Shown here piece by piece: positions 27,266 to 40,418 of a stretch of 64,000 nt of DNA. Position numbers and translations under genes: made by a program. How positions within the stretch are numbered: the first letter of the stretch is position 1; every line of letters starts with the position of its first letter. The notes beneath the pieces are model-generated. The model ran no database searches. It was not told the DNA's origin and saw only the letters and a list, made by a program, of their open reading frames with translations. Source of the DNA: Felis catus (taxonomy: Eukaryota); the NCBI RefSeq assembly GCF_018350175.1, contig NC_058368.1:220102001-220166000 (forward strand), given 5' to 3'.

Positions 27266-28177
27266 TTGGTGGGAATGCAAATCAGTGCACCCATTCTGGA
27301 AAACAGTGTGGAGTTTCCTCAAAAAAATCAAAAACAGAAATACCCTATGACCCAGAAATAGGGATTTATCCAAAGTATACAGGAGTGCTGATGCATGGGG
27401 GCACTTGTACCCCATGTTTAGAGCAGCACTTTCAACAACAGACAAATTATGGAAAGAGCCTAAATGTCCATCAACTGACGAATGGATAAAGAAGATGTGG
27501 TTTATATATACAATGGAATACTACTTGGCAATGAGAAAGAATGAAATCTTTCTCATTTGCAACAACACGGATGGAACTGGAGGGTGTTATGCTAAGTGAA
27601 ATAGGTCAGGCAGAGAAAGACAGGTATCATATGTTTTCACTCATATGTGGAACTTGAGAAACTTAACAGAAGACCATGGGGGAAGGGAAAAGGAAAAAAA
27701 GTAGTTTGTTTGGTTTGTTTGTTTGTTTGTTTTTGTTTTTTTTTTTTTACATTTATTTATTTTTGAGACAGAGAGAGACAGAGCATGAACGAGGGAGGGT
27801 CAGAGAGAGGGAGACACAGAATCTGAAACAGGCTCCAGGCTCTGAGCTGTCAGCACAGAGCCCGACGCGGGGCTTGAACTCACGGGCTGCAAGATCATGA
27901 CCTGAGCTGAAGTCGGCCGCTTAACCGACTGAGCCACCCAGGCGCCCCAGGAAAAAAGTAGTTTGAAACAGAGAGAAAGGCAAACCATAAGAGACTCTAA
28001 ATACAGAGAACAAAATGAGGGTTGATGGCGGGTGGGGAAGAGTAGAAAATGGGTAATGGGCATTGAGGAAGGCACTTGTTGGGATGAGCACTGGGTGTTG
28101 TATGTAAGCGATGAATCACAGGAATCTACCCCCCAAACCAAGAGCACACTATATACGCTGTACGTTAGCCAACTTGA

Positions 28178-28215
<38 letters not shown>
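27266..28215 (+). mobile_element. 5'-truncated carnivore L1 interrupted by a SINE
   Basis: ORF2 C-terminal motif KLWKEPKCPSTDEWIKKMW, 3' UTR and (TA)n tail. Confidence 0.95.
27709..27948 (-). mobile_element. Can-SINE nested in L1 3' UTR
   Basis: TSD aggaaaaaa(a)gtagtttg at 27691 and 27949. Confidence 0.95.
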
Positions 28216-28216
<1 letters not shown>

Positions 28217-28524
28217 GACAGAAAAAAATAAATGTAATTAACATTGAAAGCATAAGTATCCTTTACTAATGGGGGAGAGAGGGAAGATTTTTTTAAAAAT
28301 ATTGCTCTGCAAGGTGATGAAAAACAAAAAAACTGATTTGGGAATGAGTAAGAAAATAGCTATTAAAATATATATGCTTAAATTCCACAAATATATCAAT
28401 GGTTTGCAGATTATTTTCACTTAAGGACTTCTATTTGAAGAGTTAAATTTAGATACATGTTTCCCCTTTTGCTTGATTCAAATTGTAACACATGCAGATA
28501 GTTCATACATACATGCTTTCTCTG

Positions 28525-28525
<1 letters not shown>

Positions 28526-28557
<32 letters not shown>
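28526..28557. repeat. (CA)n microsatellite
   Basis: Direct reading. Confidence 0.95.
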
Positions 28558-28561
<4 letters not shown>

Positions 28562-28599
28562 TGAGTATCAACATTTTATTATATATTTGTAGAGATGCA

Positions 28600-30100
28600 A
28601 GAAAGAACAATGTATCAAAATATAACCATGATACTAAGTAAATACAAACAGAACTTTTTAAATACAGACCTTTCTAATTCAATAAACAACAAAACCACAT
28701 AATATATAACTTAAAAGGAAAAACACCAAACATATAATGATTTAAACATTTTAATAGAAAAGGAGGAACATTATATTTCTGGCAGAAAGTTACTGGAGAA
28801 GCATATCTATTAATACCAATTCCTTAAAATATTTAAGATAACTTCTTTAATCAAGGGAGAAATTAGAAAATGATGATGGTATAAACTACCACAATGATAC
28901 AGAACTAATATATTCATAGAAATATAAGGAAAAATTAAGGAAGCTGCAACACATAGAAAGGTTTCAACCCAATACCATGAGCAAGAAAAGGAGAAAACTC
29001 AAAATTAGAAAAAAGGTACCATTACAGCAGTGCAATTAACAAACTGACAAAGTGGATATACATATATTCTAAAAACTTCAGAAAAATCACCACATGAAAT
29101 AGGTAAACAGTGCTATTGTACAGTGAAAAAAAATTCTAATAAAAGTGCGATAAAAAAGGATAAATAAAAAAGAATAATGAGAAAATGTCTTTCATATGTG
29201 GACTATAAAAAAGGGATTTACTTCTAAATAATAGAGGTATCAAAGACTAAGATAACATTGGATATTAAACACTAAATCTGAACAGCAATAAAAATACTGC
29301 ATATAAAAACAGTGGCTCATAGTTAAAGAGGTAAGTAGAAAATAATCCATTTAAAAATGTTTGACCAATATGTAAATTTTACAGCTCAACAAGCCAGAGA
29401 AGTATCGATGGTAATCACAAAAACGTGAAGAAAGTAGAAGTAATAAATACAAAATAATTATAGTCCTTCAAACCAAATCATGACTTCACAATGAATAATA
29501 TGCCATATTTTATCTTACCATAGATAAACTAGAAACAAAATTTTGCTGAGCAATATAAAACTGTGGCTTTAGAAATAATTTTAAAGAATTTATATGTAAC
29601 ACATGTATAGAACTAAAAATCAAATAAAAAATATGCCTTATATAGGCAATTCATGGATGAAGAAACATGACTGTTTTATCTGTTAAGATGCTTAATCACA
29701 AGAGTCATCATATAAATTACAGGGGGAAAAAAAAGAAGATAGTATTACACACCCAGGAAACAAAATCAGTGACTATTTTGAAAAGTAATCTATCAATATA
29801 TATTGGATTTTAGTTAAGGGTTATACATATTCTACATATCTATCTACGTTGTAGGCCCCACTTTTTTTTTCAAGTCTGCACAAGGAATATATACAGAGAA
29901 ACTGCAGCATAATTTGCAGTGACACAAAGTTAGAAAATGTATTGCCCATCAAGAAAAGAATACAAAACATACAAAACATCAGAATATCCATACAATAGAA
30001 TATTATATCATACCTAAAATTTACAAATAGTTATAGGAATACAGCAAAATCTCTAGAACCCAATGTTGAGTGAAGGAAGTGCATTTAATATAAGTATGCA
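28600..30100 (+). mobile_element. Highly decayed ancient L1 (L1M-type) fragments
   Basis: Strong A-skew with remnants such as tgcccatcaagaaaagaa...atccatacaatagaatattat. Boundaries uncertain. Confidence 0.45.
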
Positions 30101-30120
30101 CAGTTAAATTTTAAGTAAAG

Positions 30121-30348
30121 TTTTTTTTTAAATTTTTGTTTAACATTTACTCATTTTTGAAAGACAGAGGCAGAGTGCAGATGGGGGAGGGGCAGAGAGC
30201 GAGAGGGAGACAGAGAAGCAGAAGCAGGCTCCAGGCTCCAGGCTCTGAGCTGTCAGCACAGAGCCCGATTCTGGGCTCAAACTCACTCGTGAGATCATGA
30301 CCTGAGCTGAAGCTGGTCGCTTAACCAACTGAGCCACTCAGGCATCCC
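30121..30348 (-). mobile_element. Can-SINE
   Basis: Full length, with an extra caggctc unit; TSD-like aagtaaagttt on both sides. Confidence 0.95.
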
Positions 30349-31056
30349 AAAGTTCAAGTAAAGTTTAAAGACACACAATAAATTCCTTCTGGATTCAATT
30401 ATATAATTACACTATAAAAGTCTAATGAAGAAGGATACAAAGCACTTATTTGTTAGTGGTTGCTATGGCATGAGCTCAGAGAGAGAAGGGAGAGAAGGAG
30501 ATAGAAGTGTGGGAATGGGGAGCTGTAAAAATAGGTTTACAATCCTATATATAATTTTTACTTCAAAATATCCTAAATTAAATAACACATTGGTAGGGAC
30601 TGCTAAAGCTGATTTGTTTATGCAAGGGGGCTTCTTAGGTAATTCTCTGTACTCTTCTGTATGGTTACATCATATTATATCATACTATATGTAAAAAAAA
30701 AATTTTAATGAATGCTGCAGTCGACATAATTTTTTATCATGCTTCTGGTAAAAAAGGAAACTACTTTATTTATCAATAACCTCTCTTCAATCTAGTTCTT
30801 TTCAATATGAAGTTTACAGCATTTTGAACAATGATCACACATATAAAAAAATCAGTCAATATAATTTATTGAGTGACAGTTTGTGTTAGTCACATTACAT
30901 GGGTGTAACAGTGCAAAGGCTAAATTATTTATCTCTAGGAATTTACATTTTGGTGCATAATACAAATAATGAGGCATATAATCTTATACAGAAAGTACAT
31001 TTTCGTGAATAATAAATTATTTTTCTTGGTGTGACTTTTGTTTAAAATAACCGTTT

Positions 31057-31272
31057 GGGGGCGTCTGGGTGGCGCAGTCGGTTAAGCGTCCGACTTCAGC
31101 CAGGTCACGATCTCGCGGTCCGTGAGTTCGAGCCCTGCGTCAGGCTCTGGGCTGATGGCTCGGAGCCTGGAGCCTGTTTCCGATTCTGTGTCTCCCTCTC
31201 TCTCTGCCCCTCCCCCGTTCATGCTCTGTCTCTCTCTGTCCCAAAAATAAATAATCGTTGAAAAAAAAATTA

Positions 31273-31317
<45 letters not shown>

Positions 31318-31323
31318 ATACAA
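31057..31323 (+). mobile_element. Very young Can-SINE (SINEC_Fc-type)
   Basis: CpG-rich head, (AAAT)n tail, perfect TSD taaaataaccgtttg at 31043 and 31324. Confidence 0.97.
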
Positions 31324-33284
31324 TAAAATAACCGTTTGAATTCAGACGTAGTGTTTTATGAGGACATAAATTCTCCAAAGTATGAAGAAGAAAAACAACA
31401 ACGAAAGACACTTAGATGATGCTCCATAGGTGATTTAGAGTGAACACTCTCGTTGCTTTCTAAAACAAATTTCTATCTGGAGGGGTTTAACACCTACAGT
31501 ACTAAGGATACAGACAGTTAGGCGAGGATAGAATGGAAGAATGCCAAGACAAGCTAGAAACCCCTGGGCATTTCTGTGTTTATGGCTCAGTCTGTCTGAC
31601 GATCATACCTTCCAGGAAGAAAGCCTCTGCTCAGTATTGCAAAATTTGATGCCAGTTCCTTTCTTGGCCACAACAGGATTATGGGAGCAGTTCTCATTCT
31701 AAGAGCAGCAGGAACACCAAAGTGGTAAAACATGATAGAGAACGCATGCTCTCCAGTTGCTTTCCAAATTATATTTATCAATTAAGAAAACCATCACATT
31801 CGATCCATACTAGATTCATCTAGGCACAATTAGAATTTTCAAATAAATGCAAGGAAAACTTAGGTGGAAAAATAGTAGTAAATCCACTAGAATCTTACAA
31901 AATACCAACGTAGACAATGCTGCTGATGTTGCTGACCACGTAAAATTAATTATTGGACATTCTTTGTAATTTATTTTTTAGTATGGAGATGTTACTAATT
32001 TTATTCACCTTAAAGTAGGGCGGCTTTTTATTGTCTCAGGCATATTTTTAAAAATGCATTTAAAATATTCTTTTGCTATCATCCAATCACCCAAGGAAGA
32101 AAGTCAGAATTACACCCTAATATAATTCTGTAAATCCACCAGTGTGTGCAACAGTTTATTTATTCAATCTTATAAATATTGAAAACATATAATATTACCC
32201 ATTGATGTAGGGTGAACGGTGCAATAGGAAAACTCTAATGTGTTCTAGGTGAAATTTTCAAGGTTTCTGACACAGCACTTAGATATTCGTGATACACCAG
32301 TGCTTGTTTAAGTTGAGATTTTAAGAATGAGTAGGAATTAGGCAGGTTCTAATATACCAAAATAAATGCTGTTTATGAAGAACCAGACATGAAAGAAAGA
32401 ACATGTCACACTTACAGAAATGGAAGTCTGTTGCAATTTAAGGGATATTTGTGTGAAGGAAAGGGTTAAAATGCAGGCTTTTGCTAGCCAGGAGCCAGTT
32501 GGAGAAAGGTATGTGCCTTGTTAAGGTGCTTATTTTAAGTAAACTTGAGAGACACTGGAGAGTTATAAGCCGTGGGGAAAAATGTAATGAAAAATACATA
32601 ATTCTAAAGAGTATCCTTTGCAACATCCTTGGATGTTACCAAACTTAATGTGATTATTTGTAATACATATTTCAATTTTGTGCTGTACACCTAAAACTAA
32701 TCAATATTATGTCAATTATATGTCAGTAAAAAGAAAGAAAAGGCATCCATAAAATACCTTGATAATGTATAAGCAAATATAAAAATTGACATCCAAGAGA
32801 ATGAGTGGAGTGTGACTTTAATCCAGGAGCTAGAGAGTTCCCTGGATAGAGAAATAGTCACCAGAATGATGAAAAATGGATGGATGCAAGAATTTGTATG
32901 AAGAGAAAATCAATATGGCACATTAATTTGTTAAATATTCTGAATAGGAGAAATACAGTAATTAAATCTTAGAGAATTATGTTTACTGACATCTGTAGAG
33001 ATAGAACACTAAGAAGTAAATGGAATCTAGTCATTCCTGTATTTCCATTTACATGTGCTCTGCCTAAATATTTGTGGCCACCCAGGTAGTCTACTGTAGG
33101 TCATTAGATCTATTGCTCAAAAAAAAAAGAAAGAAAAAGTCAGGTGTGTCAGGATTTTGGAAAGCATAGCAAGGGATTGGATTGGATCTCCTAGGGAAGA
33201 TATATAAAAAGAGAAGATACAAAGTCTAAGACAAGACCAGTAGGAACAGAACACAAATATATTAACCACTGAAAAACCTCTGAA

Positions 33285-33483
33285 GGGCATCTGATTGGCT
33301 CAGTAGGTTAAATGTTTGACTTAGGCTCAGGTCATGATCTCACTGTTCCTGAGTTTGAGCCCTGTGCTGGGCTCTACACTGCTGATGCAGAGCCTGCTTG
33401 GGATTCTCACTCTGTCCTCTTTCCATGAATTTCTCCCTCACTTATGCTTTCTCTCTCTCAAAAATAAACAAATAAACTTAAAA
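33285..33483 (+). mobile_element. Older Can-SINE
   Basis: ggctcaggtcatgatctc and gagcctgcttgggattc motifs. Confidence 0.9.
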
Positions 33484-33914
33484 GAAAAGACTTCTGATAC
33501 CATTGGTTTAAATTACTCTATGTTTAATCAATCTCAACATAGAAAACTACCATAGAAATAATGAAATCTATTACCAGTAGTTGATACACACACAAAATAA
33601 GAAAAGTGTTATGGCAATTAGGATTTTCCAGAATTAAATGTGAAATGAAATGTAGAGTTCCTGTCAAAATAGATGCCATTCATTCTAAGGCACATTACAA
33701 TTAATATTCAAACAGAATCATGTATGTGTGTTCCCTTAATGAAATTTATAAACACCTTTTGAGAAGATTATTCTTGGGTTAAATATGATATGCCACAATT
33801 TATTTTGTTCTGTGTAAACAAAGTAACTGGAAATAAACTATGAGGTTATGTATTTTATTATGTTTTTAATTTTGTAAAAAAATAAATAATTATTTACTTC
33901 TTGCACTTGAATAA

Positions 33915-33916
<2 letters not shown>

Positions 33917-33954
<38 letters not shown>
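33917..33954. repeat. (CA)n microsatellite
   Basis: Direct reading. Confidence 0.95.
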
Positions 33955-33957
<3 letters not shown>

Positions 33958-34479
33958 TATGCCAAACAAATATATCATTAAAATATGCTGAGGTGCTACA
34001 GGGCATATAGCAATTCTACTATAATAAACTCCAAACTCTATGTTGAAATGAAAGTGACAGCAGAAAAAGCCTCAGGGAAGAATTTCTTCATCTACTTGAT
34101 CTGTGAGACATAAAAGGGACAGTTTTAGTCCAAAAAATGTGCTTACGTTCCAATATGTATGAGGTGATAGGTAATTCTAAATTCTTGGTAATCTGATTTA
34201 ATTTGTAAAATAATTTAGAAGTCAATAGCATTGTAAGTACAGAGAACACGTTATCACAAACATATTCTTCATATGGATGATACTTATTTTTTTGTTTTTT
34301 TTTTATTTATCTAAGGATATTTTACCTCTATATATTTTCTTGTAGTCACCATTTATTTTATATATCCTTGCACTTTTTATTGAAGTATAAATCATATGCA
34401 GAAACTAATACAATTCAAAGCACAGAGGCTGATGAATTTTCACTAACTGAGCTAAGTCATATAAAAATCACTGAGATCA

Positions 34480-34697
34480 GGGGCACTGGGATGGCTCAGT
34501 CAGTTGAGTGTCCAACTCTTGATTTCAGCTCAGGTCATGATCCAAGGGTTATGGAATTGAGCCCCACGTTGGGCTCTGTGTTGAGTGTGGAGACTGCTTA
34601 AGATTCTCCCTCCCTCTCCCTCTCCCTCTGTCTCTCCCTCCCTCTGTCCATCTCCCCCACTCACACTCTCCCTCTTAAAATAGTAAAATAAAATAAT
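34480..34697 (+). mobile_element. Older Can-SINE
   Basis: gactcttgatttcagctcaggtcatgat-type head, (CT)-rich tract, A-tail. Confidence 0.9.
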
Positions 34698-35209
34698 TAC
34701 CAAGATAGAGACATAGAAACTTAACCACAACACTGAATTTCCCTTCCAATCATTACCACTCCTCCCTTCTGATTTTGAACATAATAAATTAGCTTAGCCT
34801 GTTTTTTTGACTTTATGTAATGTAATCCTACTGTTCACACAAAACTTACATTTGACTTTCCCCTAAATATAATATGAAAGAAATTTCTCTGTATTTTGAG
34901 TGTAGCTGTAGCTTATTGTTATTGCAGCACACTGTTCCGTTATATAAATATGCCATATTGTATTTATCGAGTCTACTCTTCGCAGACATTTGCATCATTT
35001 CCATTTGGGTCTAATATGAACAGCAATGTTAGCAACAGTTTTGTTTTGTTTTGATTTGCTTTTAGTGAAGATTAGAGAGTATTTTTATTGGAGACATCGC
35101 CATGAGTTTTAAAGCAACCTATAATTACAAAGAACTTACAGTATTCCTCCCTTGTGAGAGATGAGGGTTTGTGTTATTTCCATCTGATACATTATGAATC
35201 TGAGAATTA

Positions 35210-35431
35210 GGAGTGCCTGGGTGGCTCAGTTGGTTAAGCTTCAGACTTTGGCTTGGGTCATGGCCTCACAGTTTCTGAGTTAGAGCCCCGAGTTGGGCTC
35301 TGTGCTGACAGCTCAGAGCCTGGAGCCTGCTTCAGATTCTGTGTCTCCCTCTCTCTCTGCCCCTCCCCTGCTCATGCTCTGTCAGTCTCTCTCTTAAAAG
35401 TAAGCTAAGAAAAAAAAAACATTAAAAAAAA
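35210..35431 (+). mobile_element. Can-SINE
   Basis: Full length; degenerate TSD atct(g/a)agaat. Confidence 0.95.
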
Positions 35432-35606
35432 GTATCTAAGAATCAAGTAAAGTGACTAACTTTGTAAGGACACATGGAAATTATCATAAAAAAAGCAGAA
35501 TAATTATATGAATTCATAAAGTCCCCAGGAGTGACAGATATTAAGGGTTCTGGTTACTTTGAGAGGACACAGAGGGATTAAAAATGGGAAGTGATGCTTT
35601 AGCTGA

Positions 35607-37547
35607 TGTGGTGGGCAGAATTCTAAAATGGCCCCCAGGATTTCCATCCCTGTACAATTGTCTTCTCTTGAGCGATAGTAGGACCTGTGACCATGATGGT
35701 TAATATCCCCACGATTATGTTGTTTCATATATCAAAGGAGAAGGGATACTTTAGCAATGTTAGAGTCCAAATAACTTGATACTGAATTAGTTAAAAGTAA
35801 GAATCTCCGGAATAGGTCTAATATAATCAGTAGAGCCCTATAAAATAGGGTCCAGAAGTCAGAGAGATAATTCTGCTATTGGGAGCTTCTTATGGAAAAA
35901 GGCAGCCTCTAGGGGTCAAGAGCCTCAAACATATGACCAGAAACTAACTCCTGCCAACAATCTGAATAAAGTTGAAAGAAGACCCTTAGATGTCAATGGA
36001 CATGTAGTCAAGCCAACATCTTCATTGTTGCTCTGAGGGAACCCGAAGGGAGGATTCGCTGCATGGGCTTCGACTCCTTCCCCAGCACATTGAACCACGA
36101 GATTAAAAAATGCGTGCAATGAGAAGCTAAATCTGTCATGATTTGTTACACAGAAAGAGGAAACTAATATTGACTTTGTTATAAGAAATAGTGTGGTGCT
36201 GCCACAAATACCTTAAATGTGGGAGAGGCTGGCGCTGGAGAGTGGGCTCTGATAGAATTTGAGAGAACATGATGGAGAAAGTGAATCAAATTGACCAACT
36301 GTTAGCGGAAATCTGGTTATCGAGGATGTTGAAGACTTGGAAGTGAGAGACATGTTATTGAGGAATTAAAGAGGGTGGGATTCCTGTTATGTAGTGATAA
36401 ATAAGTAAGGCTATTTAGCAAAATTGTGCCCTGCAGCTATACGAAGAGAAGACCTTGTAAGAAGGCATTAACTTGGATATTCCTAAGGAGATTCGAAGAA
36501 AAGTATTGAAGATGCTGCCTGGTTTCTTCTTGGTGCTTATACTAACATGTGAGATGAGAAACGTCAATTAAGGAAAGAGTGGCTAAGCTTTAGCCTTTCA
36601 AAATGTAAAAGATGCTAAAATTTGGAAATGCCTGCTAAAAGGATGGCATAGAGAATAGGCCAAGTGTGGGACTGTACATTTTTTTGCTAAAACTTCAGAA
36701 AGAGTAACAGATCAGAACACACAGTGACCAGAGCTCACTGAAGAGATTAAGGATGTACCTCTCAGAATGTCTCAAATAAACGAGAGGGTCCCTTGGAAGA
36801 ACTTTGTCTCTCAGCCATCTCAGCAGGAGCCAAAGATAGAAAAAAAATTATCTCAGAAAGATTTGTAGCTGTGGCTTTTGTCTAATGAATTTAATCCCCT
36901 TGAAATCCATGAAGGCTCACAGAGTTCTTGAGAAAATTGTTTCAACAGGACTACTGTCAGCTTGGACTGAGAGGGACAGAGTATGTAATGAAATAAGGCT
37001 GTCATTCTCACAAAAGTCTGTTAGCAGGAAGGAGCATGATAAAACTACTCAGCTGCAAACACATAATACCTTTCACAAAGAAAGGAACAATGACTCAGAG
37101 GGTGGAACAGAGTCCAGAGGTAAGAGCAGTGAATCATGAAGGATTATTCCCTGATCTTGAAACCTAATCAAGGAAAACCCAACATTTGCCCAGCTGGATT
37201 TCAGGACTCTTAGGGTCCAGTGACTCATTTTCACATTTTTTTTGAACCAAATGCCTATAACTGCTATTCTATGCCTGTCCCACTATTGTATGTTGAGACT
37301 GCTAGGGGTTTTAGCTTTGTCCACAGATGGAAACTAACTGTGCCCCACAACCTATACTTGGGTAATTTAGATAATGAGATTTTGGACTTGCAACTGATGC
37401 TCTCATGGAATGAGGCTCTTGGAAACTTTTGGTAAGGATTAATATGCTATGAAAGTGGGAAGGAAGTAAAACATTATGGTCAAAAGATGGACTGTAGTAC
37501 TCAGAATGACAAAACGGCCCAAAACTCCTGTCCCCTGGAATACATTG
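35607..37547 (+). mobile_element. MaLR (MLT1) provirus relic: 5' LTR 35607-36170, internal region ~36171-37492, start of 3' LTR from 37493
   Basis: LTR start tgtggtgggcagaattctaaaatggccccca and end ttgttacacagaaagaggaaactaatat. A purine-rich tract aaaagatggac is followed by a related start tgtagtactcagaatgacaaaacggccc. Confidence 0.7.
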
Positions 37548-37870
37548 TGTTATAGACTGGATATTTGTATAGCTCCAAATTCATACATTGGCATCCTAAT
37601 CCCCACTGTGATGGTATCTGAGGTAGGGTATCTGGGAGAAAATTGGGATTAGATGAGGCCATGAGGGTGAGACCCTTATGAATGTGATTAGTGCCCTTAT
37701 AAAAGTCAAGAGAGAGCTCCCTTCCTCTCTCTGCTCTGTGCCATGTGAGGATACAACGAGAAAGGAAAATTCCCCACAAGGGCAATAACATCTACTTAAT
37801 CTAGGAGGTAGGAAATTTAAGTACATTATATAAACTGAAATTATTTCAGTATGAGTCTAACAAAAACTAA
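37548..37870 (+). mobile_element. MLT1A/MST-like LTR inserted into the 3' LTR
   Basis: tgttatagactg...ccaaattcatacattg...cctaatccccactgtgatggtat...attagtgcccttataaaag. Confidence 0.75.
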
Positions 37871-37889
37871 AAGGGACTAGTGATAACAA

Positions 37890-38090
37890 TGTTGCCAGTG
37901 TTTCAGACACCTTTGTATATATTAACTCATTTTGTTTCACATTACCATTATCAAGTAGGTTCTACTCTTATCCCCATTTTGCAGATGGAGAAATTCAGGT
38001 GAAAAGAGGTTTTATGTAACTTGCCCAAAGTCACACAGCTAATAGTTGTTATAAGTAGGATTAAAATGCAGATAAGTTATCTGCAGAAAG
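37890..38090 (-). mobile_element. MIR
   Basis: Core ccccattttgcagatggagaaa...gtaacttgcccaaagtcacacagct. Confidence 0.8.
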
Positions 38091-38148
38091 CTATAAAGCT
38101 CTCATCACACAGAATAGGGACAGAATTTCAGAGATTAGTGTTTGGGTA

Positions 38149-38526
38149 TTTTTAAGTTTTTATTTTAATTTCAGTTAATTAACATACAGGGTTATATTAG
38201 TTTGAGGTGTACAATGTAGTGATTCAACAATTCCATATACCAGCCGGTGCACTCCTTCTTCCCCATCACCTATTTCACCCATTCCCCCACCGACCTCCCC
38301 TCTGGTAACCATCAGTTTGTTCTCTATAATTCAGAGTCTATTTCTTGATTTATCTATCACTTTTCCCCCTTTGTTTTGTTTCTTAAATTCTACATATTAG
38401 TGAAATATGTATTTTCCTTTCTCTGACTCATTTTGTTTTGCATAATATTCTCTAGTTCCATCCATGCCATTGCAGATGGCAAGATTTCATCCTTTTTATG
38501 GCTGAATAATAGTCTATTGTGTGTGT

Positions 38527-38564
<38 letters not shown>

Positions 38565-40418
38565 TCTTCTTTATCCACTCATCAGTTGATGGACGCTTGG
38601 CCTGCTTCCATAATTTAGCTATTATAACATTGCTATAAACATAGGGGTGCATGTATCCGTTTGAATTAGTGCTTTTGTATTATTTGGGTAAACAAATACC
38701 CAGTAGTGAAATTGCTGGATTGCAGGGTAATTCTATTTTTAGCTTTTTGAGGAACTTCCATACTGTTTTCCAAGGTGGGTGCACCAGTCTGCATTCACAC
38801 CAACAGTGCACAAATGTTCCTTTTTCTCCACATCCTTGCCAATAGCTGTTGTTTCTTATGTTGCTGATTTTAGCCATTCTGACAGGTGTGAGGTGATATT
38901 TCATTGTGGTTTTGATTTATATATCCCTGATGATAAATGATCTTTTCATGTGTCTGTTGGCCATCTGTATGTCTTCTTTGGAGAAAAGTCTGGTTCATGT
39001 CTTTGGCACATTTTTAATTGGATTATTTGTTTTTTGGGTGTTGAGCTGCAAAGTTCTTTATATATTTCGGATACTCTTAATCAGATACACCGTTTGCAAA
39101 TATCTTCTCCCATTTAGTAGGTTGTCTTATAGTTTTGTCGGTAACTTCCTTTGCTATGCAGAAGCTTTTTATTTTGATGTGGTCCCAATGGTTTATTTTT
39201 GCTTTTGTTTCCCTTGCCTCAGGAGACATATTTAGAAAAATGTTTTTGCTGTCAATGTCAGATAAATTACTGTCTGTGTTCTCTTCCTGTATTTTTATGT
39301 CTTCAGGTCTCACATTTAGGTTTTTAATCCATTGTGAGTTTATTACTGTGTATGGTGTAAGAAAGTGATCCAGTTTCATTCTTTGGCATGTAGCTGTCCA
39401 GTTTTCCCAACACCATTTCTTGAAGAGACTGTCTTTTGCTCATTGCATATTCTTACCTTCTTTGTTGAAGATCAATTGACCACATAATTGTGGGTGTATT
39501 TCTGGGGTTCCTATTCTGTTCTATTGATATATGTGTCTATTTTTGCGGCGGTACCATACTGCTTTGATTACTACAGCTTTGTAATATAGCTTGAAATCTG
39601 GAATTGGGACACCTCCAGCTTTGTTTTTCTTTTTAAGAATTTTTGGTTACTTAGGGTCTTTTGTAGTCCCATACAAACCTGAGGATTGTTTATTCTAGTT
39701 CTGTGAAAAACACTGCTGGTATTTTGATAGGGATTACATTAAATCTATAGATTGCTTTGGGTAGTATGGATGTTTTAACAATATTTGTCCTTACAATCCA
39801 GGAGTATTAAATATATTTCCCTTTGTGTTGTCTTCAGTTTTTTTTCATCAGTATTTTATAGTTTTCAGAGTATACGTCTTTCACCTCCTAAGTTAGGTTT
39901 GTTCCTAGGTATTTTATTTTTTTGGTGCAATTGTAAATGAGATTGTTTTATGAGTTTCTCTTGCTGTTGCTTCATTATTCGTGTATAGAAATGCAATGGA
40001 TTTCTGTACACTTATTTTGTATTCTGTGATCTTACTGAATTCATTTAACAGTTCTAGTTGTTTTTGGTGGAGTCTTTAGGTTTCTCTATATACAGTAGCA
40101 TGTTACAGGCAAAGAGCAAAAGTTTTACTTCTTTCTTACCAATTTGGCCATCTTTTATTTCTTTTTTATTGTCTGGTTGCTGCAGCTAGGACTTCCAGTA
40201 CTTTGTTGAAAAAAACAAGTGGTAAGAATGGACATCCTTGCCCTGTTCCTGACCTTGGGGGAAAGTTCTCAGTTTTTCCTTATTGAGTATGATGCTAGAT
40301 GCAGGTTTTTCATGTACAGCCTTTATTATGTTGAGGTATGTTCCCTCTAAACCTACTTTGTCGAGGGTTTTTATCATGACTGCATATCAAATGCTCTTTC
40401 TGCATGTATTAAAATGAA
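38149..40418 (-). mobile_element. ~2.3 kb 5'-truncated carnivore L1 (RT to 3' UTR), decayed
   Basis: ORF2 motifs [25 protein letters not shown] and [11 protein letters not shown]...[13 protein letters not shown], with stops. Confidence 0.95.

Noticed and set aside
38149..40418. Functional L1 ORF2
   Set aside because: 5'-truncated, with multiple stops and frameshifts.
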